From Aureliella sp. (GTDB lineage: Bacteria; Planctomycetota; Planctomycetia; Pirellulales; Pirellulaceae), in the NCBI GenBank assembly GCA_963691875.1, contig OY829846.1:672001-736000 (forward strand): a stretch of 64,000 bases of DNA. The letters are read 5' to 3'. Positions 11,205 to 22,800 of this stretch are shown in pieces (the stretch's first letter is position 1; each line of letters starts with the position of its first letter). The translations under genes were made by a program, and so were the position numbers. Below the pieces are notes generated by a model, which was not told where the DNA came from, made no database searches, and saw only the letters and a list, made by a program, of their open reading frames with translations.

Positions 11205-11825
11205 ATGCATTCGCTGAGGTTTCTATTGGTCGGCGTGGTCGTTTCTCTCGGGTGCAACAGTATCCCGTGCATGGGACAGGAAATCATACGGATTGAAGAG
11301 GACTGGGAGCTCCATGTAATCCAGCCGGATGCGAAGCGTGATGCCCCTCAGGTCACGACAACGGCATTTCCGCTTGGGAATAACAGTAGCTTGCTCTTTC
11401 AATTTGATTTGAACCATGCATCGCTTCCTGATTTTGAAAGTGGTGGAATGCAAATCCGAATCTGCAATGACGACCACCTACTAGACCAAAAACGCCTCTA
11501 CGACGGCATCAAGCTGGACAACGATGGAGAGACGGTAAGCTGGACGCAGGTATTCCACAACACAGCCGACGGATACTACTTCGGTATCTCGAGGGGCAGC
11601 AGCTCTAGCTTCGGTTCATTCGGAGACCATACCACTTACGCATACATCTCGCACCACACGGCGGGAGACGATGATTTGGATGACTATCGCTATACCGATT
11701 CGATTGAAGACTCTGGTGTTGCCTTCGCAGGGAACAGAGTTGGGCACCTGAGGTTGAAGAAAGTGAGGGCTTATGTAGTTGGAGGTCTCCTCTGGGAGAA
11801 GACGCTAAATGTAGATGTGCAGTAA
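11205..11825 (+). CDS. Secreted hypothetical protein upstream of Tad pilin genes
   Basis: GGAGG RBS, N-terminal signal peptide, beta-rich 206-aa ORF. Confidence 0.7.
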   Translation: MHSLRFLLVGVVVSLGCNSIPCMGQEIIRIEEDWELHVIQPDAKRDAPQVTTTAFPLGNNSSLLFQFDLNHASLPDFESGGMQIRICNDDHLLDQKRLYDGIKLDNDGETVSWTQVFHNTADGYYFGISRGSSSSFGSFGDHTTYAYISHHTAGDDDLDDYRYTDSIEDSGVAFAGNRVGHLRLKKVRAYVVGGLLWEKTLNVDVQ

Positions 11826-11859
11826 GTCGAGCAGGCATGAATAACAAAGGAGACCAACT

Positions 11860-13005
11860 ATGAGAAAAGCCATCACCAATAGAAGCAATGGCAAGGGTAC
11901 GGTTCTGGTTGTCGCCGTCGTCATGATGTTCGGACTGTTTAGCTTTCTGGCATTTGGAATTGATATCGGCTACGTTGCCCAGACCAAAGCTGAGATGCAG
12001 AGGACTGCAGATGCAGCGGCGTTGGCGGGATGCTGGGAGTTCCATTCGCAGCTCCTGGAGGGGAATGAAGGCGAATCTGTCTATCCCGATGTAAGGCAAG
12101 CTGCCGCGTCCTTTGCGGCGGCAAACACCGTGATTCAACGCGCACCAGTCCTACAAACCAGCGCTGGCACACAGGACGTTCAGGTAGGCTACCTCGATAC
12201 GCTCGGTGGCAGTATTACCAGCGACGATACGCGGCCATTCTTTGCCGTTAGAGCAACGGTAACTAAGAACGAGTACAAGAATGGCCAAGTGCCCCACTTC
12301 TTTGGACGCATTTTCGGAAGTTATGGCCAGAACATGCAGGTTGAAGCAACCGCCGTGATGAGCCGTTTCATCGAGGGATTCCAGTTGCCAGCCAACTCAA
12401 ACTCAACCATTGAACTCTTGCCCTTCGCTTTGGATGAGAGCACTTGGAATGAGTTGAAGAACAGCAATACAGCCGATGACTATAATTTCGACGCTAGTAA
12501 GGGCACGATCTCAAGCGGATCGGATGGACTATGGGAAGCAAACCTTTATCCCCAGGGAACAGGCTCACCCGGCAATCGTGGTACGGTGGATATTGGTTGC
12601 GCCAACAATTCCACCACTGATATCAAGAGACAGATCGTTGACGGCATATCCGAACAAGACCTGATTGATCTGGGAAAACCTTTGATCCTTGACTCCAACA
12701 GGACGATGACTCTCAACGGCGATACCGGCATCAGTGCTGGCGTCAAAGCACAATTGAGCAGCATCATTGGCGAGACAAGAGTCATACCGATCTTCTCGAA
12801 TGTTTCCGGCAACGGCAACAACGCTAACTACACGATTGTAAAGTGGGTTGGAGTCCGCATTCTTTACGTGAAGCTCACCGGGTCGATGAAAAGCAAGTGC
12901 GTGATTATCCAGCCTGCACCTATCATCTCTCCCTTCAGCGTAACTTCAACACAAGGTTCATCTACAAGCGATTTCGTGCTCGGCACCGTCGTTCTAGCGA
13001 AATAA
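11860..13005 (+). CDS. TadG-like Flp pilus assembly protein
   Basis: Prepilin-like KG|TVLV plus TM helix, then IDIGY..QTKAEMQRTADAAALAG (Tad N-terminal motif). Confidence 0.8.
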   Translation: MRKAITNRSNGKGTVLVVAVVMMFGLFSFLAFGIDIGYVAQTKAEMQRTADAAALAGCWEFHSQLLEGNEGESVYPDVRQAAASFAAANTVIQRAPVLQTSAGTQDVQVGYLDTLGGSITSDDTRPFFAVRATVTKNEYKNGQVPHFFGRIFGSYGQNMQVEATAVMSRFIEGFQLPANSNSTIELLPFALDESTWNELKNSNTADDYNFDASKGTISSGSDGLWEANLYPQGTGSPGNRGTVDIGCANNSTTDIKRQIVDGISEQDLIDLGKPLILDSNRTMTLNGDTGISAGVKAQLSSIIGETRVIPIFSNVSGNGNNANYTIVKWVGVRILYVKLTGSMKSKCVIIQPAPIISPFSVTSTQGSSTSDFVLGTVVLAK

Positions 13006-13015
13006 GGGGTTAATT

Positions 13016-13438
13016 GTGAAGACAACAAAAAGACGCTGTCGAAATCAGCGCAAGCGACTCGGTGCTGCTGCAGTTGAGTTTGCCATAGTTAGCCCACTAT
13101 TTATCTTGCTGACACTCGGCCTGATCGAAGTCGGCCGCGTCGTAATGGTGAAGCAGCTAGTAATCAATGCGTCGCGGGAAGGAGCTCGGCTTGCCTCTCT
13201 CCCCGGGGCGACGGCTGAGAATGTGATCGCTAGTGTCCAAAGCGATCTCGGAAGCCAAACGATTTCTGGAGCGGTTGTCACAACGGAACCATCCTCGTTA
13301 GTAACTACGGGCGCGGGTTCGCCGGTTACCGTCAGGATTTCCGTTCCTGCAAGTAGCATCTCGTGGATTCCCAATCCAGTTTTTGCTGTGACCTCAAGTA
13401 TTGACGCGGAAACAACCATGAGAAAAGAGAGCCAGTGA
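13016..13438 (+). CDS. TadE-like pseudopilin
   Basis: RLG|AAAVEFAIV..LIEVGR..NASREGAR. Confidence 0.88.
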   Translation: MKTTKRRCRNQRKRLGAAAVEFAIVSPLFILLTLGLIEVGRVVMVKQLVINASREGARLASLPGATAENVIASVQSDLGSQTISGAVVTTEPSSLVTTGAGSPVTVRISVPASSISWIPNPVFAVTSSIDAETTMRKESQ

Positions 13439-14113
13439 CGCATTGCCTTGGCTTCGCCAGCACTATGTACTCTTCAAACCTGTCGCGCCACTCCTTCTCA
13501 CGATTGGCGATTTCCTTATCAAACTGTTTTTGCCAATCAGCGACGTAGACGCACGCGGTTGCCCTGCAACGCCAAGACAAAAGAGGATATCGCGAGTTTA
13601 ATACCGAGCTGCGGGCAGCTTCAACAACTCACTGCGATGAATGAGTTCACAACAAGGAAATGGCGGCTTCCAGTCTGCCATTGCAAATCGCGAAATTCCA
13701 GATTCTTTCTCCCGATAGCATCCACCCGGATCTCTTCCAACTCCAAGATTTTTTCTCGTAATCATGCCGACGTAAGGCCTGTTACCGCTCGGCTTCAAGC
13801 GTTGCGTCCATGATTGAACGCGACGGAAGTTCTTCTTCACGCATGCCCGATCCACACTGATTTACTCTTTCGCAATGAAACGGGAGCAGCAACTTCAATT
13901 CGTTGATGAATCAAATAACCCGATTGGTTCAACGCATGCTGCATCTTGATCCTACATTGCTCGGCAAAGTCATAGCCTACTCATCTAGGATTTGACCGCG
14001 AAGAAAGCTAGACTGGATTCACTGAGCTTTCACTACGAGATGAACAGGCGATAGATTACCCAGCCTGGCTGGTGCATTTCCTGGGAGCGGGCTTCCCCGA
14101 AATTGGACGGCTT

Positions 14114-15103
14114 ATGCCTAGCTATATAGTACGTTGCGGTGTGATGAGAACTTTACATGTCATGGGCTCACGCAAAGAGTATTCCCGCGGTAAACGCGTG
14201 ATAGCCAGGACAGGTCGAGGCCTTGAGGTTGGCGAAGTCCTTAGTGAAGCAGACGACCGTGTCACCAAACAACTTGCAGAGGCTCAAGGCTTCGGCGAGG
14301 GTAGAAACGATGGTTCCAGCCCAGGCGGTTCGATACAGCGCGAAATGTCGTCCGAGGACGAGAACGAATACTCGCACCTGTTAGCAAAGACGGTCTCGGA
14401 GGCGGATCGTTGCTTCAAAATCATAAAAGAACTCGACCTGCCCATGGACCTTGTTGAAGTCGAGCGTGTTTTCGGTGGCGAACGCATGGTCGTGTATTAT
14501 CTCTCTGAAGATCGCGTCGACTTCCGTGAACTGGTCAAGCGACTTGTCGCTGAATTCCAAACACGCGTCGAGATGAAGCAAATCGGCGTTCGCGATGAAG
14601 CAAAGCTGCTGGCAGACTATGGTGATTGCGGCAAACCCGTGTGTTGTAACACGCACTTGGTAAAAATGCCGCCCGTCTCTATGAAGATGGCGAAACTACA
14701 GAAAGCCACGCTCGATCCAAACAAAATCTCAGGCCGCTGTGGCCGGCTGAAGTGTTGCTTGCGTTACGAATATGATACTTATGAAGATCATCGCAAATCC
14801 CTGCCAAGAGTGGGAGCAGACGTTGTGACGGCAAATGGGCGAGGCAGAATCCTGAGTCAAGAATTGCTATCGAGACAATTGTTGGTTCAAATGGAAGACG
14901 GCAGACGCGTGATGATCCATAACGACGAAGTGCTGACTGTGATAAAGGGAAGTAAACGCGCAAAACGCGATCCTGAAATCGTCGAAAGTCGCGAAAGCAC
15001 CGGCGATCGCGAGTCGAAGAGTCGGGAAACGAATGGCGATAAACCAAAGGCAAAGAAGCCCTACCGCAAGCCGCAAAAGAAAAGAAACGAAAAGCAAGAC
15101 TAG
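14114..15103 (+). CDS. PSP1-domain protein (RicT/YaaT family)
   Basis: RVDFRELVK..RVEMKQIGVRDEAK..GDCGKPVCC..KMAKLQ..KISGRCGRLKCCLRYE. ATG at 14114 preferred over GTG at 14072. Confidence 0.88.
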   Translation: MPSYIVRCGVMRTLHVMGSRKEYSRGKRVIARTGRGLEVGEVLSEADDRVTKQLAEAQGFGEGRNDGSSPGGSIQREMSSEDENEYSHLLAKTVSEADRCFKIIKELDLPMDLVEVERVFGGERMVVYYLSEDRVDFRELVKRLVAEFQTRVEMKQIGVRDEAKLLADYGDCGKPVCCNTHLVKMPPVSMKMAKLQKATLDPNKISGRCGRLKCCLRYEYDTYEDHRKSLPRVGADVVTANGRGRILSQELLSRQLLVQMEDGRRVMIHNDEVLTVIKGSKRAKRDPEIVESRESTGDRESKSRETNGDKPKAKKPYRKPQKKRNEKQD

Positions 15104-15113
15104 CGAAAACTAG

Positions 15114-15512
15114 ATGACTGAGAAGAACCATCCAATCGTTGAGTTGCTCGAACAAGACCAACGGTACGACTTTGAGGCGTATCAGTTTGTTAGAGATGCA
15201 CTGCAGTATGCTCAGGAAATCATGCAGATGCCAGCTGAAGAAGGCGCAACTGACAGCCATATCTCCGGCCAACAGCTTTGTGAAGCAATTCGCCTGCACG
15301 GAATTGAACAGTTCGGCTTCTTATCGAAACTCGTTTTGAATAGCTGGGGCGTCTATTCAACTGGAGACTTTGGTGAGATCGTCTACAACTTGATTCGCAT
15401 CAAACACATGAAGAAGTCGGATTCAGATCGCCGCGAGCACTTCGACGACGTGTACGACTTCAGCGAGGCCTTCGAGCCTGTGTTCCAGTATTCCGGCGGA
15501 GCTGATTCCTAA
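15114..15512 (+). CDS. Minf_1886-family protein (PVC-restricted)
   Basis: D.RY..EAYQFV..AL..HISGQQLC..FG....VLNSWG..T.DFGEIVYNLI. Confidence 0.8.
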   Translation: MTEKNHPIVELLEQDQRYDFEAYQFVRDALQYAQEIMQMPAEEGATDSHISGQQLCEAIRLHGIEQFGFLSKLVLNSWGVYSTGDFGEIVYNLIRIKHMKKSDSDRREHFDDVYDFSEAFEPVFQYSGGADS

Positions 15513-15676
15513 AATCTGCTCATTGTTTTTTTGTATCGCTTAGTGCTAATTCGCGACGCTACAAGAGCGGCTCGGCGTCATCCACCGGTCGTAACATCGG
15601 CTAACAACTTGCCACTCACACGCTATCCAAATTCTACAAATCAGCGTAGTGCAGTGGCCCGCGAGGGATTGCCCCA

Positions 15677-15916
15677 ATGAGCAAAGCGAAACCGAAACAG
15701 GATTCCCCAAAGAAGCCCATTCGTCCTGCAGTCCGTGACGAGGCGGCCTCGCATACTGGGCATTCGCCAACTAAACCTGATTCAACGCCAGGGTTTCTTG
15801 CATTCTTGCTGAAGCCAAACAAGACAGCATTCTGGATCTTGTGTGGTTTCTATTTCCTTTGGCTGGTCTTCCTTGCTTACGTCGCGTACGTAAATGTGAG
15901 GTCCGGCAACCAGTAA
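15677..15916 (+). CDS. Small single-TM membrane protein
   Basis: 79 aa with a polar N-terminus and one hydrophobic C-terminal helix. Confidence 0.55.
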   Translation: MSKAKPKQDSPKKPIRPAVRDEAASHTGHSPTKPDSTPGFLAFLLKPNKTAFWILCGFYFLWLVFLAYVAYVNVRSGNQ

Positions 15917-16311
15917 GGGATTCAACCGGCTCCCACCGCCTGCTGAGACAATCGACTTCTTCTCTTCTATTGCAACCACTCTGATTCGTGTTCTGTCGCA
16001 AACGCTGCGAGCAAACAAGCGAATCCGTAGCAAACCAACCGTGATCCTGCGGTTTCTGAACATCTAAGGGCTTAACAGCAATTAGACTTGTACCGCCGCA
16101 AGTGAAAGGAAGGCAAATCCGATCTGCGCATCGGATTTCTGCGCATTAATCTTTGTTTCTGCGTGCCAAAAGTAGAGACACCAGAAGCTCGCCACGTTGG
16201 AAAATTGAGTTCGACGTATCTCGATCCCTTCGTTATCAGCTAGCGGGGGGATGACTCCAATCAAAATTTGACGCAGCGGCCAAAGTCCCTTCTACGCACT
16301 AGGATTCAAAA

Positions 16312-16601
16312 ATGGAGTTGCTTCAGAGTTCTTTGAAGGCCCGGTGCTCCCGGCAACCATTTTGATGTTGGTCATGGTTGCTTGGAGCGGAATGGCCATC
16401 TTGAGCGGGATGGATCTTGACCTTCCGGGAGATGTCGATGTTGATCTAGATCTAGACGTAGACATGAACGTGGATATCGGTGGCCACGGCGTTGCTGACC
16501 GAGCTGCCGAGAGCCTGGGTGTCTTAGCAATGAAATGGCTCAACCTCAATCAGATCCCGATCCTTATGTGGATCTGCATCTTCACCATTCTGTGGTGGTT
16601 G
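16312..16601 (+). pseudogene. 5' remnant of a YqiJ/DUF1449-like (NfeD-type) membrane protein gene
   Basis: ATG at 16312 is out of frame with FFEGPVLPATILM..GMDLDLPGDVDVDLDLDVD..WLNLNQIPILMW. Similarity stops at ..ILWWL, about 16601. Confidence 0.65.
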
Positions 16602-19600
16602 CTCCCAACGGCGAAGACTATCTCTTTCTATTCACGAATTTGGAATTGGGAGCCTATCTGCAACTCAAGTACAATTTGATTTGCCAAGAGGCGGACACAC
16701 CTCATATTTGCCACGGGCAGGCGTTTTTTGACGACGGCTCAATGGTTAGTTTCCGTTCTCAGGAGTCGGCACAGAAGCATCATGCTTTGCAAGTCTGGCA
16801 AACACCTTTCGTAGGCCCGAATTTCCAGGCTGACGTCGAAACCGATTCCATGCTCTACAAAATACGAAACCGCGAGCTCGTGCAGGGTATGGCAGAATGC
16901 CAAGAGTTGCTGCAGTTAATAGACAAAGATGACTCCTACGCAGAGCTTTACGTCGATCTCGTAAAGCGTTCGACGGACGCACTAGACAGCTACTTCTGGC
17001 TCGAACGCGATGAGACGATGCGGCTAAGCGAGCCGCTTCAGACGATTCGCGAATCGCCAACTGTCTATCGAGCCGAGTACCTTGCCGCGGACTTATTTTT
17101 TTCTTGGTCACCATCGCAGAAGGCCGAATTCTCAGCCCTTGCGGAGAAAGAGCAGGTGGAACAGATTCAAGTCCTAATGCAAACTCGCCACGACGAAGGC
17201 TACTCGCGTGGCGTTCACGATGCAGATGCAGCAAACATCCTGCGAGAGCTACTGAACCTGGATTCACATCTTGGTTTTCTGCGCTATGAACCTGACTTAC
17301 GGGGGTCTGCGCGTTACGTTTGGACTACTATCGTGCCAGCAGCTGCGAGAACCCGAGTCGAAACCAAGATCGCTGGCCTGGCTACAGTCCGGCAGATTTT
17401 GCCCAAAACAGAAGCGAGCAAGCGTTACGTCAAACGCATTCGCAGCCTGCTCGTGCGTTACGGAAAAGGCATCCTTGATGCAGCAACTCTCGATAACGCT
17501 GCGGAATTTCTCTTCGAGCAACTGCAGCGCAATGAAAATGACTTTGTCCTAAGCCGCTTTGTGGACACAACCTTACAGCGTCTCCATGAGTACTTGCCGA
17601 AGGATGAATGCAACCGCCTCATTAAAGCAACCGATCGATCAAGACACAGTCCACTCGCTGCTTTGACATTAGCCCTGGACGCCGTTGACGGCTACCTTGC
17701 GGAAGACTCACCTGACGCTGAAGAAGAAGATGCAGCGGCTGAGGGCAACCCTAGACGAGGTCAGCACTATCGAGCTGAGTTCGCGGCTCAATTGCCGCTG
17801 CAGAATGAACCGACTGAGCTTGGGCCTGACGTTGAGTTTTTCAAACAACTAGAAGGGCTGTCCGGCGATCACGCTAGAATCCAATCTGGCAGAATGAAGT
17901 TGCACTACCATGAGTTCACGCAACGCTTGGGTAGCTACCGCAGGGACGTAATCCCTCGATATACGCAGCTGAAACACGATAAGCATCAACTGCTTGAGGA
18001 AGCCGAACGTAAGATTGGGACAAGCGATTTCAAGGCAAGGGTGCTGACTAGCTTTGTACGCAATCTACTGATCGATGAAGTCTATCTGCCAATGTTCGGC
18101 GAAATTTTGGCCAAACAGATGGGCTCGGCAGGAGAGAACAAACGCACAGACCGAATGGGCCTCTTGCTGTTCATCAGCCCGCCGGGTTACGGTAAAACAA
18201 CCTTGATGGAATACATTGCCAATCGACTCGGATTGGTGTTTGTAAAAGTGAACGGTCCCACTCTCGGACACAACGTCACCTCGCTCGATCCAGCGGAAGC
18301 GACGAATGCATCTGCCAAGGAAGAAGTTGAACGCATCAATCTCGCCCTTGAAATGGGCGACAATGTAATGCTTTACCTCGATGACATTCAGCATTGCCAT
18401 CCCGAGTTACTGCAAAAATTTATCCCTCTTTATGACGCAACCAGAAGAATCGAAGGCGTCTGGGAAGGAGAACCCAAGATTTACGACCTTCGCGGACGTA
18501 AGTTTTCGGTGATCATGGCAGGAAATCCGTACACAGAGAGCGGAGCGAAGTTCCAAATTCTTGACATGCTTTCCAATCGGGCTGATGTATACAATTTAGG
18601 CGAGATCATTGGCGATTCCGCCGATTCGTTCGAGCTGAGTTACATCGAACATTGCTTGAACAGCAATCCAACTCCACAACCTTTGGCCAGGCTGTCGAAC
18701 GCAGACCAACGTGCAATTATCCGTGCTGCAGAACGAGGTTCTGTGGAAAGCCTTGAGCTCGAGAGCAACCTAGGTGCCGAGCCTGAAGGATATGATCTCT
18801 GTGATCAAGAAACTGCTCCGCGTGAGAGATGTGATCCTGCAAGTGAATCGAACTTATATTCGTTCCGCAGCTCAAGCAGATAGCTACCGAACTGAGCCGC
18901 CTTTCAAGCTCCAAGGCAGCTACCGGAATATGAATCGCATTGCGGAGCGTGTGGTACCGGTAATGAATAATCAAGAGTTAGCGACACTCGTATTTTCGAA
19001 CTACGAGCAAGATGCTCAAACGCTAACGCGTGATGGAGAGTCGAACTTACTCAAATTCAAAGAATTGCTCGGCGTTCTTTCTGCGGATGAACAGAAACGC
19101 TGGAATAGCATCAAGTATGCTTTTGTGGAAACGGTACGGATGCAGGGTATGGAAGGAGAAGATTCAGCTGCGCAGCTACTCCGCTCGTTGAGCGGTCTGC
19201 GGGACGGCTTGGAGTCGATTCGCAGAACGATCTCCGATGCAGTAGAAACTCGTGAGGGCGAAACTGATCGTTCCGAGCAATTCCTTGCCTCACTCACCGC
19301 GATTAAGTGCGGACTAGAAGGACTGGGGGAGCAGTTGACTTCGAGCATGCGAACACGTTGGGAGAAGGAAGATTCCGGTGACGTTAAACTTCCAGAGCAA
19401 AAAGTACTTGTTCAGCATTCAGTACCGCGAGTCATGACAGATCTGATCGAAAGTCAGTTTCAACTTCTATACGACGGATTACGACCCATTCTGGAACAGG
19501 CCGCTGTCTCCCAAAATCAACTCGATGCGGTCAAAAGAAGTATCGATAGCTGCCTCAACAATTATCGGACGATTCAGGAAGAAATTAGGTCAGCCAAAGG

Positions 19601-19607
19601 CAAATGA
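16600..19607 (+). pseudogene. Truncated, internally deleted and frameshifted 'DNA repair ATPase' (DUF3686 + AAA) gene
   Basis: Begins mid-domain (APNGEDYLF..CHG..HHALQVWQTPF). Walker A ISPPGYGKTT and Walker B LYLDDIQH present. Frame switches near 18782 into ORF 18774-19607 (YRTEPPFKLQGSYRNMN). Confidence 0.75.
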
Positions 19608-19893
19608 GCATTCAAAGCATAGATGTCTTGTTCGTAAGATTCAGTCGGAGTGCGTGCATACATTAGACCTGAACCAACCTCCACAGCAAGCCCAATACCC
19701 CATATTGAGGCCTTTTATGCGGGCATCGTCGGAGGTTGCTATTTCTGAGGCCACGGCTCATCGGTAAGAATTGACGAAAAATTCACTAAGGGAAGAAAAA
19801 CCAGCTGGATGTCACCTACGAATTTTCAGTTTTGGTCTAGAATCGAACGCTCATCTCTCTCTTTTGACGTTTTTTTGACCCCTGGAGTAACAG

Positions 19894-22800
19894 ATGGCTC
19901 GCGCGTACCACCGGTGTGGAATTTCGAATTCAAGAGGTTGTGGTCCTTATGAACATGGAAAGCTTCGAAAACTGCAGTGCGAGCAATTAGAAGCTCGGCG
20001 TGTTCTCGCCGCCGCTATTAGCGACGTTTACTGGGACTCGGCAGATGAAGCCGCTTACGATCTCAAATCTGCGGACAGCGTTGTCCATGCAACAGAGTTC
20101 GAGCTCTTCACCCTGGACGACGGAAACCTAGACACACTGCTGGTCAATGTACCCAATGAGTTTGAATTCGGCTCCGAACGCGATGAATTGCCGACGATCT
20201 CTCTTCCGCGTCCAGACGGTTCTGTAGAGGAGTTTATCTTCGCTCAGACCGATGTAATGTCGCCTGAACTGGCCGCGAAGTTCCCTACCTTCGAGACCTT
20301 TGTCGGACAGGGAATTGATGACCCAACCGCCTCGGTGCGTTTTGATGTTACGGCACGCGGATTGAATGCGATCGTGACATCGTCCCACGGTGGCTACATC
20401 ATCGAACCCTACTTCAGTGCAGAAGACACGAACCTCTACGCGAGTTACTTCTTGCAAGGCGATTTTGATCTATCCGAGTTCCAGCCCGAAAGCCCTGCAC
20501 TCGAATGGGAAGATCACTCTGGCTTCACCGGACCCGAAGGCGAGTTCAACACTTCAGGCGATCGACAAATCGGAGACGAAATTACTGTCTATCGAGCAGC
20601 CTTTGCTTCGACTGGCGAGTACACCCAACGATTTGGCGGAACTGTCGCCTCTGGGCTGGCAAGGATTGTGACGGAAATCAATCGCGTTAATGCCGTTCTC
20701 GAAGTCGAAATGGCAGTAAGGTTTCAGTTGGTCGCCAACAACGACTTAATCATTTACACCGACCCCAATAGCGACCCGTATGACAATGCCGACAATGGTG
20801 CGGTGATCAACCAAAATCGAACTAACCTTGCCAACGTGATCGGCAACGCCAACTTTGACATCGGCCACGCTATGGGAACTGCCGGGGGGGGATTGGCCTT
20901 CATCGGAGCCGTCGGCATTGACAGTATCAAAGCCGGTGCCGTGAGCGCAAATGTCAACCATTTAAGCACGACTGTTCACGAGATCGGGCACCAGTTCGGC
21001 TCGGGGCATACATTCAACGGCACCGGAGGCGCCTGCACGGGCAACTGGGGTGGACGACACGCCGCAGAACCGGGCTCAGGCACGACCATCCTCTCGTACA
21101 ACGGAGCCTGCGGCGACAACAACATTGCTGGCGGACGTGTACTGAACTACCATGCCGAGTCTTGGGAGGCAATGCGGAACCACATGGAGAATAGAATTCC
21201 GAATGTGGGGAGCCGTGTAAATTCTGGCAACAACATGCCCACAATCGACGCTGGCAGAGATTACACGATTCCAGCTCGTACGCCATTTGTCCTTACTGCT
21301 ACAGCTAGCGACGCAGATGTCAACGATGTGCTGACATACACGTTTGACCAGCGTGATCGTGGACCACAGCAAGATGTAAACTTACCGGACAACGGGCAGA
21401 GTCCCTTGTTCCGATTCTTCGCGCCAACAGAGAGCCCTACTCGCTACTTCCCTCAAATCAGCGATATCGTTAACAATCGCACGACAAGGGGCGAAAAGCT
21501 ACCTTCGACGACGCGGCAGTTAAACTTCTCTGCCATCGTTCGCGACAACCGCATCGGTGCAGGTGGTCTTGCTCGCGACAACGTCAGACTCAATGTCGTT
21601 GACACTGGCGTTCCATTCGAGGTTACCAACTTTGACACCAGTGCTAGCCTTACTGGATTCTCAGTCGAAACGATTACCTGGAATGTTGCGGGCACGGCAG
21701 CCGGAGCCGTCAACACTCCCTTTGTAGACGTATTCTTCTCCACTGACGGTGGAGAGACCTATCCAATCGAAGTGGCGACGCGATTGCCTAACAATGGTAG
21801 CGCCGACGTGATCGTGCCGAACGTTGCCACTACGGAGGGCAGATTTATGGTGCGAGGGCACAACAACGTATTCTTCGATATCAACAACGTAGACCTTTCT
21901 GTAACGATCACAGAAGTAGATCTTGACCTTGGCATCCGAACATCGACTTTCATCGAAGACGGTCCAGCTGTTGTCGTGGTTCCAGATGCGGCGGTTGAGA
22001 ATCCTGGTAATGTAGACTGGACCGGATTGGCTTTGGCTGTCGAGGTTGAGAATGCTATCGCAGGCGATCTCCTTAAGATCGATCCTCGTGGTGCGGTCAA
22101 TGTTTCCGGCAACAGCGTTCTCTATGGCGGCGTACAAGTCGCTACGCTTTCAAGCAATCAGACTCAACTAAACCTTGTCTTGAATGCTCAAATGGGTACG
22201 CAACAGTTGCAAGAAGTCTTGAGAAGCGTCACGTTTGAGAACACCACTGATAATCCAACCTCGACCGTCAGAAGCGTATCTTTTGTTGTAGGCGGTAGCT
22301 TGCGACGAGTAACGACAGTTGATGTCGTGCCGACGAACGATCGCCCCACTTTGGAGCCTGTTTCATTGGGAAGCATTTTGGAGGATACGACCAGCATTGA
22401 AGCAAACCGAATTGGCGATCTCCTGGCCGGCAACTTTGCGGACGTTGACGCTGGGTCATTTGCTACTGGTATCGCAATTACATCTAATGTTGATGATCCC
22501 TCCGAGGGCAGATGGTTCTATTCGACCAACGGTGGAAACAATTGGCAGGCCATCGGGACAATTCTGAATCGCGAGCAAAGCCTGGTTCTAAACCTGGATG
22601 CCGTGATCGGATTCCTTCCTGCTCCCGATTTCTTCGGCACCCCTTTAGGATTATCAGCTTACGCCTTGGACGACACTTACGCCGGTGGCTTCTCCGCAGG
22701 TGCAGCTCGTGTCGCACTACCCCTGACCGCGTTAGCCCAGAACGGTTCTGCATCGCAAAACAGTGCGAGTTTCAGTCTTGAAGTGCTGAATGTAAACGAC

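Noticed and set aside
13440..14110. Short ORFs or a possible minus-strand gene remnant between tadE and the PSP1 gene
   Set aside because: Some protein-like fragments (REKILELEEIRVDAIG; WQKQFDKEIANREKEW) occur, but no family could be recognised.
16535..18883. Intact 782-aa AAA ATPase as a possible defence system
   Set aside because: The N-terminus is out-of-frame yqiJ-like sequence and the gene is deleted and frameshifted; treated as a pseudogene.
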